From Acidobacteriota bacterium (GTDB lineage: Bacteria > Acidobacteriota > UBA6911 > RPQK01 > JAJDTT01), in contig CBDCJH010000002.1 in NCBI GenBank assembly GCA_965217775.1, positions 2,880,001 to 2,944,000 on the forward strand: 64,000 nucleotides of DNA, written 5' to 3'. The position numbers were made by a program, and so were the translations under genes. Shown one piece after another: positions 28,501 through 39,882 of the stretch (position 1 is its first letter; each line of letters begins with the position of its first letter). The notes under the pieces are model-generated. The model saw nothing but the letters and a program-made list of their open reading frames with translations. It did not search any database and was not told where the DNA came from.

Positions 28501-31500
28501 GGCACAAGTTTACGAGACGGGTCTGCCGATCTCTTTTCCGGGGCTTTTCGCCGGGGAGTCCCGGCGCCGGATCTCGCTGCCGGGATACCCGTTCCAGCGC
28601 GAAAGCCACTGGATCAGGGCCCCGAAGCGGCGCCGGCTTGCCGCAGGTCATCCCTTGCTCGGCACCCGGCACGAATCCGCAAGTGGGGAGATCTCATTCG
28701 AAACGGAAGTGTTCCCCTCAGACCCGGCGTGGCTGGATGATCACCGGGTATTCGGCCGGCTCCTGGCGCCGGGTGCGCTCTACGGCGCCATGGGGGCGGC
28801 AGCATCCGTGGCCGAGGGCCCCGGATTGCAGGTATTGGAGGACATGCAGTTGCGCAATCCCCTCGTTTTCCCAGAGGGGAATTCCGAGGAGGGCAGTGGT
28901 GACGGAGGCCGGAAATTGCAGCTCCTGGTCGACGCCTCCGGTGACGAGCCGTCGCGCCGTGTCCGGATTCTCAGCCGAGGAGACGCCGGAGAGGAATGGA
29001 CGCTGCATGCGGAGGGCCGGATCTCGCCCCTGTCCCGTGAACCGAAAGTCGCGCCGCGCCTGGACCCGGAGGATCTCAAAGCTGGCCTGTCGTCCCGGGA
29101 CGTGGCGGCAATCTACCGCTCCAAGGCCAGCGTGGGGATCGATCTCGGCCCACAGTTTCGAACCCTGAAGGCGGTCTGGTCCCGGGCAGGCGAGGCATTG
29201 GGCGAGGTCGCGATCCTGAACGCGCCGGACGGGAACGGGTCGGACATCCATCCGCTTCTGCTCGACGGTTGCTTTCAGGTCATGTCGGCGGCGCGGGGTC
29301 CTGAGGGGACCGGGGACGGGGCCACGTATCTTCCATTCGCGTGGGACCGGCTGTGGTTGACGGGGCGCCTTCCGGAGCGCGTCGTCTGCCATGCACGCAT
29401 GAGGGAAAACTCGCCGGACCGGGCACCGGATTCGAATACCGCCGAGCCGCCAGAGATCCTGACCGGAGATCTCCGGATCTACGATCCAAGCGGGGTCCTG
29501 CTGGGAGGTTTGAACGGGTACACGGTGAAGCGGGCGACACGGGCAGCGCTGCTCTCGGCGGTGGAAGGTTTGCAGGAGCTGCTCTACGAGATTGTGTGGC
29601 CGGAACGAGCCCTTGCGCCGGGCCTGCCGGTTGCGGATTTCCTCCCGAGTCCGGCAACCGTTGCGGCACCCTCAAGACTGTTCTCCCAGTATCTCGCAGC
29701 CGAAGGAGTCGGATCCGAAGACAGGGACTCCATGCTGGAAGACCTGGAGCGGTTGTCCCGGTCTTACGCACTCTCGACCCTGGACAGGCTGGGCTGGGAA
29801 CGGAGGGCAGGGGTGTCCGCAGACTCCGAGGACTTGCGCCGGCGCCTGCGGGTTATCGGAGATCACGGGCGCCTTTTCCGCCGGATACTTGAAATGCTGG
29901 CCCAGGCGGGCGTGCTGGAGGAGGTGGGAGACGGTTTCGTGGTGGTGGTGGGATCCGGGGATCCCCTGCCGGAAGGAATGGGCGATCCCGAGGAGTCTGC
30001 GATCCGGATCGCCAGGTTGTACCCGCACGGATCGAACGAGATCGGACTCCTTCGGCGGTGTGCCTCCGCTCTGGCGGAGGTGCTTCGCGGTCGCGCCGAC
30101 CCGCTGGCGCTTCTATTCGGCGGCGGCGAACCGAGTGCCGCCGATCTGTATCTGAAGGCGCCGGTGGCACGTGCGGGGAACCGGATGCTCGGGGACGCGG
30201 TTCGGGCGCTCGTGGCTGCGTTGCCGGCGGAACGGAGGCTGCGGGTGGTGGAGGTCGGAGCGGGTACCGGCTCGGCGACCACTTCCGTTCTGCCGGAGCT
30301 TCCTTCCGGACGGTTCGACTATACGTATACCGACATCACGGCGGGCTTCTTCGCCAAAGCCGAGACGCGTTTCGGGGACGCTGACGGGGCCATCGAATAC
30401 CGGGTGCTGGACCTCGAGAAGGATCCGGCGGCGCAGGGCTTCGACTGGCACGGCTATGACCTGCTGATCGCTTCCAACGTGCTGCATGCGACGCGGGACC
30501 TCCAGGAGACTCTGACGCACTGTCGAAGGCTTCTGGCGCCATCGGGGCAGCTCTTGGCGCTGGAGAATCTGCGTGCTCAGGGCTGGCTGGATCTGACGTT
30601 CGGACAATTGGACGGATGGTGGCGATTCGCCGACAGCTACCGCCCGCATCATGCCGTGGCGGGCCCCGCGGTTTGGCGCCAGGCTCTCGGGGACACGGGA
30701 TTCGGCGAGGTCGGGATCCTGGGAGTGGACGAGTCGGAATCGGCCGGAATGCCCGACCGGGGGGTGATCGTGGCGCGGGGACCGGCGGAGGTGGACGAGC
30801 CGCAAGGCGCCTGGATTCTGGCGGCGGACGAAGGTGGCGCCGCGGCCGGGTTGGCAGCGGAACTTGCGGCCCGCAAGCAGAGGGTCGTCTTGGCAAGCCG
30901 GTATGCGCCGGCGGTCAGGGGACGCGCGGAGAACGGTTCCGGGATAGTCGGCACCAAGGTGGAGATGGAGCGGCGCGAATCGTGGCGATCGCTCGTGAAC
31001 GATCTGCCGGACGATGTGCCCCTCGGCGGCGTGGTGCATCTTGCGGCCCTGGACGGCCATGGCCCCGGGGCGACGTCCGCGGAAATGGCGGAGGATTCGA
31101 GGCGGGCGGCGGAGACCGCGCTGGCGCTGGTGCAGGGCGTCGCCGACTCCGATGTGATCCCCGGGAAGGGCGTTTGGTTGGTCACGCGCGGCGCGCAGGT
31201 CCTGGAGCGCGAACGTACCGGGGAGCTTGCCGGCGCGCTGCTCTGGGGCTTCGGCAAGGTGGTGGCCCGGGAAGCGCCCCAGTTGCAGCCGAGGATGATC
31301 GACCTCGACCCCGAATCGGCGGCGCTCCCATCCCGCCTCGCCGATGAGCTGCTCCATCCCGACCCTGAGACTCATATCGCGTACCGTGGGGATTTTCGCC
31401 GGGTGGCCCGGCTGGTTCGGGCCGGGGCCGGGGCGGAGCGGCTGTCCCTGCCGCAAGGGACCGGCTGGCGGCTGGAACCCGACCCGGGCGGCGCGCTCAA

Positions 31501-34500
31501 GCGACTGCGCGTGGCGCCGAAGCCGGCGCGTCCGCTGGAGCCGCGAGAGGTTCGCGTCGCCGTCGAGGCGACCGGGCTCAACTTCAGGGATGTGCTCCGC
31601 TCCATCGGTTTGATCGACAAGGGGCTTCTGGGCCGCGAGATGTCCGGCCACATTCTGGAAGTGGGTTCCGGCGTGTCGAACGTGGCGGTGGGCGACCGCG
31701 TGGTCGGATTGGGCTTCGGCACCTTCGGGCCCGAAGTGGTCACGCGGGAGGAGCTGGTGGCGCCCGCGCCGCCGGGGGTAGCGGCCGCGGCGCTCGCGAC
31801 GTTGCCGACCGCGTTCGTAACTGCCGCGCTGTCTTACGAACTTGCCGGATTGAAGTCCGGCGAACGGGTCTTGATTCATTCCGGCGCGGGGGGCGTGGGG
31901 TTGGCGGCGATCCAGTTGGCAGGCGCCGCGGGAGCGCCGGTCTTCACGACCGCGAGTGCTTCCAAGTGGGACTATCTCCGGTCGCTGGGCGTGGAGCACG
32001 TGTTCGACAGCCGTCGGACGGCCTTCGGCGGGGAAATCCTCGAAGCCACGGCCGGAGCCGGCGTCGATGTGGTGTTGAACAGCCTGACGGGAGAGGGCTT
32101 CATCGACGCGAGCCTCTCCTGCCTGGCGCAAGGCGGCCGGTTCGTGGAGTTGGCCCGGCGGGACATCCTGAGCGAGGAGGAAATGGCGGCGGTGCGTCCC
32201 GACGTGTCCTACTCCATCCTCGATCTGGACGGCTTGAAGAAGCGCGAACCGGCAAGGCCGGGAGCGGCCCTGAAACGCGTGATGGGTCAGTTGGCGGCGG
32301 GAGAGGTGACACCGCTTCGCCTCGTCCGGTGGCCGCTGTCCGAAGCGCGAGCCGCCATGAGATTCATGCGCGCTGCCCGGCACCTGGGAAAGATCGTCTT
32401 GACCACTTCGCCGCTCGCCCGGGGCCGGTTGAGGGACGACCGGACCTATCTGGTGACCGGCGGTCTGGGCGGGATCGGTTGCGCCTTGGCCGAATGGCTC
32501 ACCGACCGGGGAGCGGGAGCGATCGTTTTGAACGGTCGGCGGCCGCCGGACGAGGGCGCGGAGAAAGTGATCGGCGCCCTCAGGAACCGAGGAGCGACGG
32601 TGCGGGTGGAGCTCGCGGATGTGACGGACGCCGGCGCCGTAGAGGAAATGCTGGCGCGAATGGATCGGGAGCTGCCTCCCCTCGGGGGCGTGATCCACAG
32701 CGTGGGCGTGCTGTCGGATCAGTCGCTCGGGAACCAGAGTTGGGACCGGTTCGAGCAAGTGCTCCGGCCCAAGGTAATGGGCGCATGGCATCTGCACCGG
32801 GCGACCCTGGACCGGGATCCGGACCTGTTCGTCCTCTTCTCCAGCGTCGCCGGCGTTCTGGGCAATCCGGGCCAGGCGAACCATTCGGCGGCCAACGCAT
32901 TCCTCGATCAACTCGCCGGCCATCGCCGGGCGTTGGGGCTCCCCGGACAGGCTATCGCCTGGGGAGCGTGGTCGGGGCTGGGTGAAGCCGAGGAACACCG
33001 GGAGCGGATCGCCCGCCAGTTGGAGGCATCGGGAACCGGCTGGATCAGCCCGCAGCAGGGTCTGCGGGCATTCGAGCGCCTGGTACGCGACGACGTCACG
33101 GCAGCCCTGGTGGCGGCGGTGGACTGGCCGGTTTACGGACAAGCCGTCGACGGGCGCCCGCCACTGCTGGAGGACCTGCTGTCCGATGTCGCGGAAACGG
33201 GGGCCGACTCGCCGGCTTTGGCCGGCGGCCTCATTTCCCGGCTGCGGAAGGCGCCGCCGGCAGCGCGCGAGGAGCTGCTGGTGTCCTTCCTGCGGCAGGA
33301 AGTACAGGCGGTGCTCAGGCTCCCGGCGTCGCCGGCGCCGACGGCGGCATTCTCCGATCTCGGGATGGACTCGCTGATGGCGGTGGAGCTGAGGAACCGG
33401 CTGAGCCGGGCGTTCTCCGGGGAGTACGCGGCGCCCAACACCATCGTGTTCGATTACCCGGACATTTCCGGACTCGCCGGCCATCTGGCCGTGGAACTTG
33501 GCCTGGCAGCCCGTGGCAAACGTCGTCACGGCATTCGACCGTCCCTGCTGGCCGGTCGCGAGGAAGCCCCACCGGCTCAACCCGAGCCGGAGCCCCGGGC
33601 CGCGGTGCAGAGCAAGGACGACGGTATCGCGATTGTGGGCATGGCCTGCCGGTTCCCTGGCGCCCCGGACCTTCCCGCCTTTTGGCGGCAACTCGAAGCG
33701 GGCGTGGACGCAGTGACCGACGGCCGCCAGGATTCGGGGCCCTGGTCCGGCGTCGCCGGAGATCCCGAGTCTCCGGATGCGGCGTCGCGGCGGGGTGGAT
33801 TCGTCGAGGACATCGACCGTTTCGACTCGAGGTTCTTCCGAATCGCGCCGATCGAGGCGCGGATGATGGATCCGCGGCAGCGGCTATTGCTGGAGACGAC
33901 TTGGCACGCGCTGGAAGACGCGGGTATCGATCCCGAAGGGTTGAAGGGAAGCCGCACCAGCGTATATGTCGGAGTGGGTAACGGAGACTACCGGGATCTG
34001 GCCACGGCCAGTGGCGAGGCTCACGGGTATCTCGGCACCTCCATGAGCGTGGCCGCCGGGCGGATCGCCTTCGTATTGGGACTCGCCGGCCCGGCAGTAC
34101 CACTGGACTTGGGGTGTGCTTCGTCCCTGGTGGCGGCCCATCAGGCCGCTGGCGCCTTGCAACAGAAGGAAACGGATCTGGCTCTCGTTGGCGGCGTCAA
34201 CGCGGTTCTTTCGCCCGCGGTCACGACATTCATGCGGGAGTCCGGGATGCTCTCGGAGAGCGGCAGGTGCCGGACCTTCGACGCCGGGGCCGACGGATTC
34301 GTCCGGGGTGAGGGTTGCGGCATGATCGTTCTGAAGCGGTTGAGCGAAGCAACGGCCGCCGGGGATCGAATCTGGGGCGTGATCCGTGGATCGGCCGTGA
34401 ACCAGAATGGGCCGAGCGCGGGATTGATCATCCCGAACGGGCCGGCTCAGGAACGGGTGATCGAGGAAGCGCTGTCGCGGGCGGGAGTCTCGCCGGCTGC

Positions 34501-36217
34501 GGTGGATTACCTGGAGGCGCATGGAGGCGGTTCGAATCTGGGTGATCCGATCGAGGTCCTGGCAGCGGCAGCCGTCTACGGCAGGGGACGGGAAGCGGAA
34601 CGTCCTCTGCTGCTGGGTTCGGTAAAAACGAACATCGGCCATCTGGAGTGCGCGGCGGGGATTGCCAGCCTGATCAAGGTCGTGCTCGCCATGAACCACG
34701 GTGTCATTCCGAGACATCTTCATTTCCGCGACCCGACCCCGCACCTGGACTGGGACCAACTCCCGGTGCGAGTGACGTCCCAGGCGACGGCTTGGCCGCT
34801 TGGTGCCGATCGGAGACCGCGCGCGGGAGTGAGTTCGTTCGGCCTCTCGGGAATCAACGCGCACCTCCTGGTGGAGGGTCACGGCAGGCCGGATGGCGAC
34901 TCTGCCACACTCGACGAAGAACGCGTTCCCGTAGGTCCCGCTCGGACCGTTGCCGTTTCCCGGCCGGCGCCGGCGGTGGACCTGCCTCCTTCAACCGGCG
35001 ATCCGGCTCCTCGCTCCAAACGGATCCTGCCCCTCTCCGGCAAGTCGGACCTGGCGCTCCGGGACCTGTCGAAGCGGTACCTCGCTTGGCTCGAACAGCG
35101 CGCCGGCGAGTTCTCTTCCGATCCCGCCGTACCGGATCCAGTGCTTTCGGACGCGGCTTGGACGGCCGGCGTGGGACGGAGCCACTTCCAGCACCGGGCC
35201 GGTATCGTATTTCAGGATTCCAGGTCGTTGCGGGACGGGCTGATGGCGCTCCCGGAGATCGATGCAGGGACGGAACCTGACACGGTGCCGAGGGTGGCCT
35301 TCGCCTACGCCGGATGGAGCAGCCAGTGGTTCGGGATGGGAAGGAATCTTTACGAGAGCGAGCCGGTGGTCCGCGCCGTATTGGATCGCTGCGACTCGTT
35401 GCTCCGGGAGGTAAGAAGAGGAGGTTCGTTGCTGGGCGTCCTGTTCGGCCGAACGGCCGCCGGCGGGGATTTCACCGACCCGATATGGGCGGAACCAGCG
35501 GTCTACGCACTGGAATGTGCGCTCACCGCGTTGTGGTCCAGCGTGGGGATCCGGCCCAGCATCGTGGCAGGGGCCGGTATCGGCGAGTTGGCGGCGGCCC
35601 AGGCGGCTGCGGTTTTCAGCTTGGAGGAGGGACTCCGGTTGGCGGCGGAGCGGGGCTCGGTGACGGCGGAGTTGCGGCGAGAGGGGCGAGCAGCGTCGCC
35701 GGTGGATGGTCCGGACGCGGCCTTTCGAGAATTCACGTTTGCGCCGCCGTCGCTCGTCCTGGTCAGCGGTGCGACAGGCCGTGCCGTGGAGTCGGCCGAC
35801 CTGACGGACCACGCCTATTGGCGCCGGCAGGCACAGGAACCGGCGGGTCTCGGCCCCTGCGGCGGGACGCTGGCGAACCTTGGAGCCGAGGTGGTGGTGG
35901 AGATCAGTCCCGACGCCGTGCTGGCGCCGACTGGAGTCCGGTCTGGGGCCGGTTCGGACGGTGGACCCGAGTCGACCCGTGCGCCGGTGGTGCTCCGGAG
36001 CCTGCGGCGCCCGTCCGGAACCGAGGCCGCGGCGGAGTTTGACGACGGCTTCGTAGAGGCCGTCGCGGGAGCTTACGAGGCGGGTCTACCGGTAGCCTTC
36101 GCCGGACTCTTCGCGGGCGAGGTGCGGCGCCGGGTTTCCCTGCCGATCTATCCGTTCCAACGCCGGCGCCACTGGTTCAAAACGCCGGTGCGGGCTGCAT
36201 CCGGCTCCGGACATTGA
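25592..36217 (+). CDS. supA: Type I polyketide synthase, SupA-type (KS-AT-DH-MT-ER-KR-ACP-KS-AT*)
   Basis: KS1 DTACSSS/HGTGT/NIGH; AT GHSLG and AYHS; [12 protein letters not shown]; MT EVGAGTG; [10 protein letters not shown]; KR GGLGGIG; ACP LGMDSL; KS2 DLGCASS; degenerate AT2. The domain order and downstream free ACP match the sponge-symbiont sup cluster. Confidence 0.9.
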   Translation: MKQDGFLDPYQPVAKVVTAFDRPCIPADCVAIGSHTPGMLPHRAWSGGRRTGLGARGTFTTDCYEILPADHEGGRRKEVRSGEPIAIVGMACRFPGARNLAAFWRLLEAGRNAVIEGIPGSGAGRVGELFPDPSVQSVACRFGAYLDGIDRFDARFFRISPVEAQLLDPQQRLMLETSWQALEDAGIDPERLKGSRTGVYAGISNYDYRALILDSGKCTEPAKSLYSVTGTSFNTAIGRVAFVLGLGGPALALDTACSSSLVAIHQAVSGLQRGESDLALAGGVHAILSGRLLELRANAGMLSPDGRCATFDAAANGYVRGEGCGILVLKRLSQAEADGDRIWAVIRGAAVNQDGATPGLTVPNQAAQTQVIKEALFRAGVRPAEVDYVEAHGTGTEVGDPIELRSTAAAYARGRQADHPLLIGSVKTNIGHLEPAAGVAGVIKVALSMKHRAIPRHLHFRNPTPQVDWDRLCLRVTSAPMEWPFHSDRPLRAGVSGFGWSGTNAHVVVEGYEAANGADAGLDLRRRPLGSPRPIAVSLPERIPEPALAGKGLARRKTRLLPLSAKSDKALRQLAERYLSWLGEHPGDPLLWDMAWTAGVGRSHFRHRAGVVFRDAGSLREGLRGIVEPEGGSGTDPGPEAVAKVAFAYAGQASQWVGMGESLYRSEPVVRAVLDRCEEVFREERGASLLDVMFGRGECAGDLDDPAWTQPSIYALECALTALWSSVGIRPSVVVGHSLGELAAAQAAGVFSLEDGLRFAASRGLLMANLPGGGAMGAIFAPASRVAATVEEMNASSRDSSLSVAADNGAHQAVSGPAADVESILERFEREGVRVRRLRKSPAYHSALVEPALDDLEAALAGVAIAPPSLTFVSTLTGRSVGPGTALDGAYWRRQTGEPVAFRSAVATLAQLGVEAIVEVGPHAVLGPMVVLAWPESADSGGSPAVLSSLRRPGRHVSEEEAGDAFVAAVAQVYETGLPISFPGLFAGESRRRISLPGYPFQRESHWIRAPKRRRLAAGHPLLGTRHESASGEISFETEVFPSDPAWLDDHRVFGRLLAPGALYGAMGAAASVAEGPGLQVLEDMQLRNPLVFPEGNSEEGSGDGGRKLQLLVDASGDEPSRRVRILSRGDAGEEWTLHAEGRISPLSREPKVAPRLDPEDLKAGLSSRDVAAIYRSKASVGIDLGPQFRTLKAVWSRAGEALGEVAILNAPDGNGSDIHPLLLDGCFQVMSAARGPEGTGDGATYLPFAWDRLWLTGRLPERVVCHARMRENSPDRAPDSNTAEPPEILTGDLRIYDPSGVLLGGLNGYTVKRATRAALLSAVEGLQELLYEIVWPERALAPGLPVADFLPSPATVAAPSRLFSQYLAAEGVGSEDRDSMLEDLERLSRSYALSTLDRLGWERRAGVSADSEDLRRRLRVIGDHGRLFRRILEMLAQAGVLEEVGDGFVVVVGSGDPLPEGMGDPEESAIRIARLYPHGSNEIGLLRRCASALAEVLRGRADPLALLFGGGEPSAADLYLKAPVARAGNRMLGDAVRALVAALPAERRLRVVEVGAGTGSATTSVLPELPSGRFDYTYTDITAGFFAKAETRFGDADGAIEYRVLDLEKDPAAQGFDWHGYDLLIASNVLHATRDLQETLTHCRRLLAPSGQLLALENLRAQGWLDLTFGQLDGWWRFADSYRPHHAVAGPAVWRQALGDTGFGEVGILGVDESESAGMPDRGVIVARGPAEVDEPQGAWILAADEGGAAAGLAAELAARKQRVVLASRYAPAVRGRAENGSGIVGTKVEMERRESWRSLVNDLPDDVPLGGVVHLAALDGHGPGATSAEMAEDSRRAAETALALVQGVADSDVIPGKGVWLVTRGAQVLERERTGELAGALLWGFGKVVAREAPQLQPRMIDLDPESAALPSRLADELLHPDPETHIAYRGDFRRVARLVRAGAGAERLSLPQGTGWRLEPDPGGALKRLRVAPKPARPLEPREVRVAVEATGLNFRDVLRSIGLIDKGLLGREMSGHILEVGSGVSNVAVGDRVVGLGFGTFGPEVVTREELVAPAPPGVAAAALATLPTAFVTAALSYELAGLKSGERVLIHSGAGGVGLAAIQLAGAAGAPVFTTASASKWDYLRSLGVEHVFDSRRTAFGGEILEATAGAGVDVVLNSLTGEGFIDASLSCLAQGGRFVELARRDILSEEEMAAVRPDVSYSILDLDGLKKREPARPGAALKRVMGQLAAGEVTPLRLVRWPLSEARAAMRFMRAARHLGKIVLTTSPLARGRLRDDRTYLVTGGLGGIGCALAEWLTDRGAGAIVLNGRRPPDEGAEKVIGALRNRGATVRVELADVTDAGAVEEMLARMDRELPPLGGVIHSVGVLSDQSLGNQSWDRFEQVLRPKVMGAWHLHRATLDRDPDLFVLFSSVAGVLGNPGQANHSAANAFLDQLAGHRRALGLPGQAIAWGAWSGLGEAEEHRERIARQLEASGTGWISPQQGLRAFERLVRDDVTAALVAAVDWPVYGQAVDGRPPLLEDLLSDVAETGADSPALAGGLISRLRKAPPAAREELLVSFLRQEVQAVLRLPASPAPTAAFSDLGMDSLMAVELRNRLSRAFSGEYAAPNTIVFDYPDISGLAGHLAVELGLAARGKRRHGIRPSLLAGREEAPPAQPEPEPRAAVQSKDDGIAIVGMACRFPGAPDLPAFWRQLEAGVDAVTDGRQDSGPWSGVAGDPESPDAASRRGGFVEDIDRFDSRFFRIAPIEARMMDPRQRLLLETTWHALEDAGIDPEGLKGSRTSVYVGVGNGDYRDLATASGEAHGYLGTSMSVAAGRIAFVLGLAGPAVPLDLGCASSLVAAHQAAGALQQKETDLALVGGVNAVLSPAVTTFMRESGMLSESGRCRTFDAGADGFVRGEGCGMIVLKRLSEATAAGDRIWGVIRGSAVNQNGPSAGLIIPNGPAQERVIEEALSRAGVSPAAVDYLEAHGGGSNLGDPIEVLAAAAVYGRGREAERPLLLGSVKTNIGHLECAAGIASLIKVVLAMNHGVIPRHLHFRDPTPHLDWDQLPVRVTSQATAWPLGADRRPRAGVSSFGLSGINAHLLVEGHGRPDGDSATLDEERVPVGPARTVAVSRPAPAVDLPPSTGDPAPRSKRILPLSGKSDLALRDLSKRYLAWLEQRAGEFSSDPAVPDPVLSDAAWTAGVGRSHFQHRAGIVFQDSRSLRDGLMALPEIDAGTEPDTVPRVAFAYAGWSSQWFGMGRNLYESEPVVRAVLDRCDSLLREVRRGGSLLGVLFGRTAAGGDFTDPIWAEPAVYALECALTALWSSVGIRPSIVAGAGIGELAAAQAAAVFSLEEGLRLAAERGSVTAELRREGRAASPVDGPDAAFREFTFAPPSLVLVSGATGRAVESADLTDHAYWRRQAQEPAGLGPCGGTLANLGAEVVVEISPDAVLAPTGVRSGAGSDGGPESTRAPVVLRSLRRPSGTEAAAEFDDGFVEAVAGAYEAGLPVAFAGLFAGEVRRRVSLPIYPFQRRRHWFKTPVRAASGSGH
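25618..25783 (+). mobile_element. MITE family A, full copy inserted in frame in the PKS N-terminus
   Basis: 158-bp core 25622-25779 with imperfect TIRs CAGCCCGTGGCAAAAGTC / GACTTTCACCACGGACTG, flanked by direct repeat TTAC. Confidence 0.92.
33503..33551 (+). mobile_element. MITE family A, internally deleted copy in frame in the PKS ACP-KS2 linker
   Basis: 41-bp core 33507-33547 (CAG...CTG) flanked by direct repeat CTGG; net +45 nt. Confidence 0.85.
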
Positions 36218-36372
36218 CGCGTTCTTCGAGGCAATTTCGAAGCGGCTACAGCCGGCCTGGACCCGATCCCGGCACCGATTCGGCAGGTGTGCGATTCATT
36301 GACGCAATGGCCTGAACTTGCTAATCTTCCAGCCATCTCAAGGTTGCGAATCTAGCTAAAGGATTCCCCCAA

Positions 36373-36618
36373 ATGGTCTCTATCGAGGAACGTCTTCGAC
36401 AACTCGTCGACGAGAACCTGGAGGTAGACGGTCGGCCGTTGGGCCGACCCCTGGATCTGACGACCAACCTCATTGCGGCCGGCGTGTCCTCGATGGATAC
36501 CGTTGCGTTCATGCAGTTGGTCGCTAAAGATTTCAACATCGCGATTCCTCCCGAAGAGTGTTCGAAGATTCGTTCCGTCGGGATGTTGATCGAATACCTC
36601 GATAACCACGCCCAGTGA
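36373..36618 (+). CDS. supB: Stand-alone acyl carrier protein (SupB-like)
   Basis: 81 aa, acidic, GVSSMD phosphopantetheine-serine motif, FNIAIPPEE; directly downstream of the PKS. Confidence 0.82.
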   Translation: MVSIEERLRQLVDENLEVDGRPLGRPLDLTTNLIAAGVSSMDTVAFMQLVAKDFNIAIPPEECSKIRSVGMLIEYLDNHAQ

Positions 36619-36689
36619 ACGCGCTTGAATCCGGAAGGGGTCCGCTACTGGAGCAACGGCCACCGACCTTGTGACCGTCCGCCGGGACA

Positions 36690-36990
36690 TTGCCGGCAGG
36701 GAAGCTTCCCCCCTTGTTTCTGAAGCTCCGGACATTCAAGGAAGCTCTGATCAAGGCTCTAGCAGCCCGTGGCAAAAGTCATCACGGCATTCGGCCGTCC
36801 CTGCATCCCGGCGGACGGCGTTGCGATTCGGGCACATACTCCCGGTATGCACCCGAATCGCGCCTTGTCCGGCGGGCGCAGGAACGGTCTCGGTGCTCGC
36901 GGGACTTTCACCACGGACTGCTAGGCGTGGGCTTTTCTTTGGATGTCTCCCGTTTCCAGATCCGGTCGGCCTTACGCCGGGGTATGACGA
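36690..36990 (+). pseudogene. Remnant of an Sfp-type phosphopantetheinyl transferase (SupC-like), interrupted by a MITE
   Basis: Removing the MITE gives FLKLRTFKEALIKALGVGFSLDVSRF, matching the FxxxWTxKEAxxKAxGxG motif with W to R; N- and C-terminal parts missing; boundaries approximate. Confidence 0.75.
36759..36924 (+). mobile_element. MITE family A, full copy
   Basis: 158-bp core 36763-36920 flanked by direct repeat CTAG. Confidence 0.92.
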
Positions 36991-37524
36991 GCAGCCAGTG
37001 GAAGCGAATTCTCGGCGTGCGTCCTGTTTGATCCGCCGCTGTGCAAGCCGGATGACAGCTACGAAAACTTCGATCGGGCCGCGATGCGCGTGGCCGCCAT
37101 GACCCGGCGCCGCACGGATCGGTTTAAAACCAGGGAGGCGTTCGCCGGCTTTCTTCCCTACTTGCCAGTCTTCGAACGCGTGATGCCGGGAGTTTTCGAT
37201 CTCGTGGCCAGGACGACGCTCCGTGAAGCTGCCGGCGGGAAGGAATATGTGCTGAGATGCCCGCCTGAATTCGAAGCGCAACTCGTAGATTACGCTCGTG
37301 CGTTTGCCGTGCTGGTGGACTTCGAAGCTTTTCGCTGCCCGACCAAGGTCATCGGAGCCGACCCGACCTTACCCTACTCGTATCTGCCGACGATGGAGCT
37401 GAGCAATATTCTGACCGTCGATTACGATTTCATACCGGAAGCGACACACTTGCTGCAACTGGAACAACCGCAGGAGTGTGTCGCGGCAATGCGTGAATTC
37501 ATCGATCCCATCATTCGCGGGTGA
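36991..37524 (+). pseudogene. C-terminal half of an alpha/beta hydrolase (SupD/E-like), N-terminus deleted
   Basis: Frame is open upstream of ATG 37084 (EFSACVLFDPPLCKP) up to a TGA at 36985; C-terminal CPTKVIGAD and PEATHLLQLEQPQEC (catalytic His region); no nucleophile elbow present. Confidence 0.7.
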
Positions 37525-37796
37525 TTTGCATGGCCAGCTTTGGGCTGCCCGCGTCCGGCGTATCGAAATCCGGATTCGCGTGACGCCGGGCGGAGTCGAG
37601 GACTGGGAACGAATATAATTCGAGCTCGGGTGCCTGCCGGTGGAAGTACCGAGACCCACCGTGCACGCGTCCGGCCCGGAGTAAAGAATCCCCTTCCTTG
37701 AATCAGCCGGGGAACGATCTTATTTTAGAAGCTACCGTCGACTCATCGGAAATCGCGACTCCCATGTGACTCCGATGGGAGAGGGAGAAAGCCGCT

Positions 37797-38909
37797 TTGT
37801 CAAAAAGAGACTATTACGAAGTGCTGGGTGTGGATCGGCAGGCCACGCAGCAGGACCTGAAGGCAGCGTACCGTAAACTCGCCATCAGGTACCATCCGGA
37901 CAAGAATCCCGGAAACAAACAGGCCGAAGAACGTTTCAAAGAGGCCGCCGAAGCCTACAGCGTTCTGGTCGACCCGCAGAAGCGCGCCCAATACGATCGT
38001 TTTGGCCACGCCGGTGTGAGCGGCGCCGGGGGCGGTGGATCCAGCGGCGATCCCTTCGCCGACTTCAGCGATATCCTGGGCGATCTCTTCGGTTTCGGCG
38101 ACATCTTCGGCGGCGGACGCTCCGGCCGCGGGACACGGGCCCGCCGCGGCGCCGATCTGAGGTACGATTTCAGAATCTCATTCGAGGACGCCGTCTTCGG
38201 AGCCACGACCAAGATCAAGATCCCCAGACAAGAGACCTGCGATTCCTGCAACGGCTCGGGCGCCGACTCCGGGACCGGTCCCGTCACCTGCCCCGCCTGT
38301 CAGGGTCGGGGCCAGCAGCGTTACCAGCAGGGCTTCTTCACCATCAGCCGCACCTGTTCCCATTGCCAGGGCTCGGGACGGATCGTCAAGAACCGGTGCC
38401 GCCGGTGTCGCGGGGCGGGGCGGGTTCAGCGGGAGAAGGTCCTGGAGATCAAGATTCCGCCCGGCGTCGACCAAGGGTCGAAACTGCGCATCGTCGGCGA
38501 AGGAGAGGCCGGCCCCAACAAGGGACCTTCAGGAGACCTCTATGTGGTCCTTTCCGTGGAGGAACACCCCTTCTTCCGCCGGGATCAGAACGACCTCTAC
38601 TGCGAGCTTCCGGTGAGTTTCGTTCAGGCTGCGCTGGGGACCGAACTGGTGGTCCCGACTTTGGAGGGGACGGAAAAATTGCGGCTGCCGGAAGGAACTC
38701 AGCCCGGTACGGTATTCCGCCTCCGAGGCCGAGGGGTCGTGAGTCCCCGGGGACACGGCCGGGGAGATCAGTTCGTCAAGGTGAAGGTCACCTTTCCGAG
38801 GCGGCTGAGCCGGGAACAACGGGAGTTGCTGCTCCAGTTGGACACGCTTGAGGAGTCGGGCCCGGACAAGGAGGGCTTCTTCGGCAAGGTCAAGGAAGTG
38901 TTCGGGTGA
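37797..38909 (+). CDS. dnaJ: Molecular chaperone DnaJ
   Basis: J domain HPD, G/F-rich region, four CxxCxGxG repeats. Confidence 0.97.
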   Translation: MSKRDYYEVLGVDRQATQQDLKAAYRKLAIRYHPDKNPGNKQAEERFKEAAEAYSVLVDPQKRAQYDRFGHAGVSGAGGGGSSGDPFADFSDILGDLFGFGDIFGGGRSGRGTRARRGADLRYDFRISFEDAVFGATTKIKIPRQETCDSCNGSGADSGTGPVTCPACQGRGQQRYQQGFFTISRTCSHCQGSGRIVKNRCRRCRGAGRVQREKVLEIKIPPGVDQGSKLRIVGEGEAGPNKGPSGDLYVVLSVEEHPFFRRDQNDLYCELPVSFVQAALGTELVVPTLEGTEKLRLPEGTQPGTVFRLRGRGVVSPRGHGRGDQFVKVKVTFPRRLSREQRELLLQLDTLEESGPDKEGFFGKVKEVFG

Positions 38910-38955
38910 CAGTCCGGCGCTCATTCATTGCCCGCAGGCCCACATCAAGCTGCGG

Positions 38956-38984
38956 TTGACTCGCCTCGGAGGCGTCCATACACT
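38956..38984 (+). promoter_or_regulatory. Sigma70 promoter, probably leaderless
   Basis: TTGACT-17 bp-TACACT with the ATG 7 nt after the -10 and no Shine-Dalgarno sequence. Confidence 0.65.
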
Positions 38985-38991
38985 CCCCCGG

Positions 38992-39861
38992 ATGAAACGG
39001 ATCGCGGTCCTGCCGGCTCTCGTCCTTCTCTCCGGATCCCTGTTTGCTCAGCAGCGTCCACTGATCACCGAACCCGCCAGCACCGTCCCCGAAGGAATGA
39101 CCCGCTTCGGACTCGGTTTCGAGTACTTCCAGGACGCCACTTTCCGGCTCTCGGGACTGAAGGGGAACCTCACCCGCGCCGGCATCTGCGATCTGCGCTT
39201 TGGGGTCGGCCCCAGAGCCGAGCTCCGCATGGGCTGGACCATGCAGGATTTTCTCGGCATTTCCGAGAGGTTCCCGGCTCCCCATACCGAAAGACTCGCC
39301 TTCTCGGGCAACTCGACCAGCGACTATGGAGACCTTTTCGTCGGCTCCAAGGTCCGTTTCCTGGATGAGAAAAACGGTTGGCCGGCAATGAGCCTGCACT
39401 TCCTGGCCCAGATTCCCATCGCTTCGAACGAAACCGGCATCGGAAATGACGTTACGAACATCTTCTCTGCCCTCGTATTGGAGCGGCACTTCGGCCGTCT
39501 GAAGAGCTTCATCAATATGGGTCTGGCCCTCCTGGGAGATCCCTTGGATGCGGCGGCACAGGATGACCTGGTTTTGTACGGGATCGGGATGGCCTACCCG
39601 GTCACTTCCAAGATAAACCTGGTAGGCGATTTCTACGGAAGGGCCGGTTCCGGCCGTCACACCGGAATCCCGGTGTCACCCGACATCATTGCCAGTCGAT
39701 CAGGTATCGGGACGGAGCAACAAAAGAGGCTGCGGGTGGCCCTGCAGATTCGGCTCGGTGGACTCTACTTGGATCTGGGCGCCTTTGCCGGCTTACGAGA
39801 CACGGACCCCTCCTCCGGCGTGGTCTTCGGACTGTCGAAGGAGTTCAAGTCCCCGTTCTAG
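38992..39861 (+). CDS. Putative outer-membrane beta-barrel protein
   Basis: Signal peptide (MKRIAVLPALVLLSGSLFA-QQRPLITE), amphipathic strands, C-terminal Phe. Confidence 0.7.
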   Translation: MKRIAVLPALVLLSGSLFAQQRPLITEPASTVPEGMTRFGLGFEYFQDATFRLSGLKGNLTRAGICDLRFGVGPRAELRMGWTMQDFLGISERFPAPHTERLAFSGNSTSDYGDLFVGSKVRFLDEKNGWPAMSLHFLAQIPIASNETGIGNDVTNIFSALVLERHFGRLKSFINMGLALLGDPLDAAAQDDLVLYGIGMAYPVTSKINLVGDFYGRAGSGRHTGIPVSPDIIASRSGIGTEQQKRLRVALQIRLGGLYLDLGAFAGLRDTDPSSGVVFGLSKEFKSPF

Positions 39862-39882
39862 CGGATCGCCGAGAAGCGAACC

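Noticed and set aside
37690-37730. Sigma32-type promoter before dnaJ (CTTGAA)
   Set aside because: No CCCCAT-like -10 at the right spacing
25511-37796. att sites or an integrase bounding the PKS island
   Set aside because: No convincing direct repeat at the two ends and no recombinase gene seen
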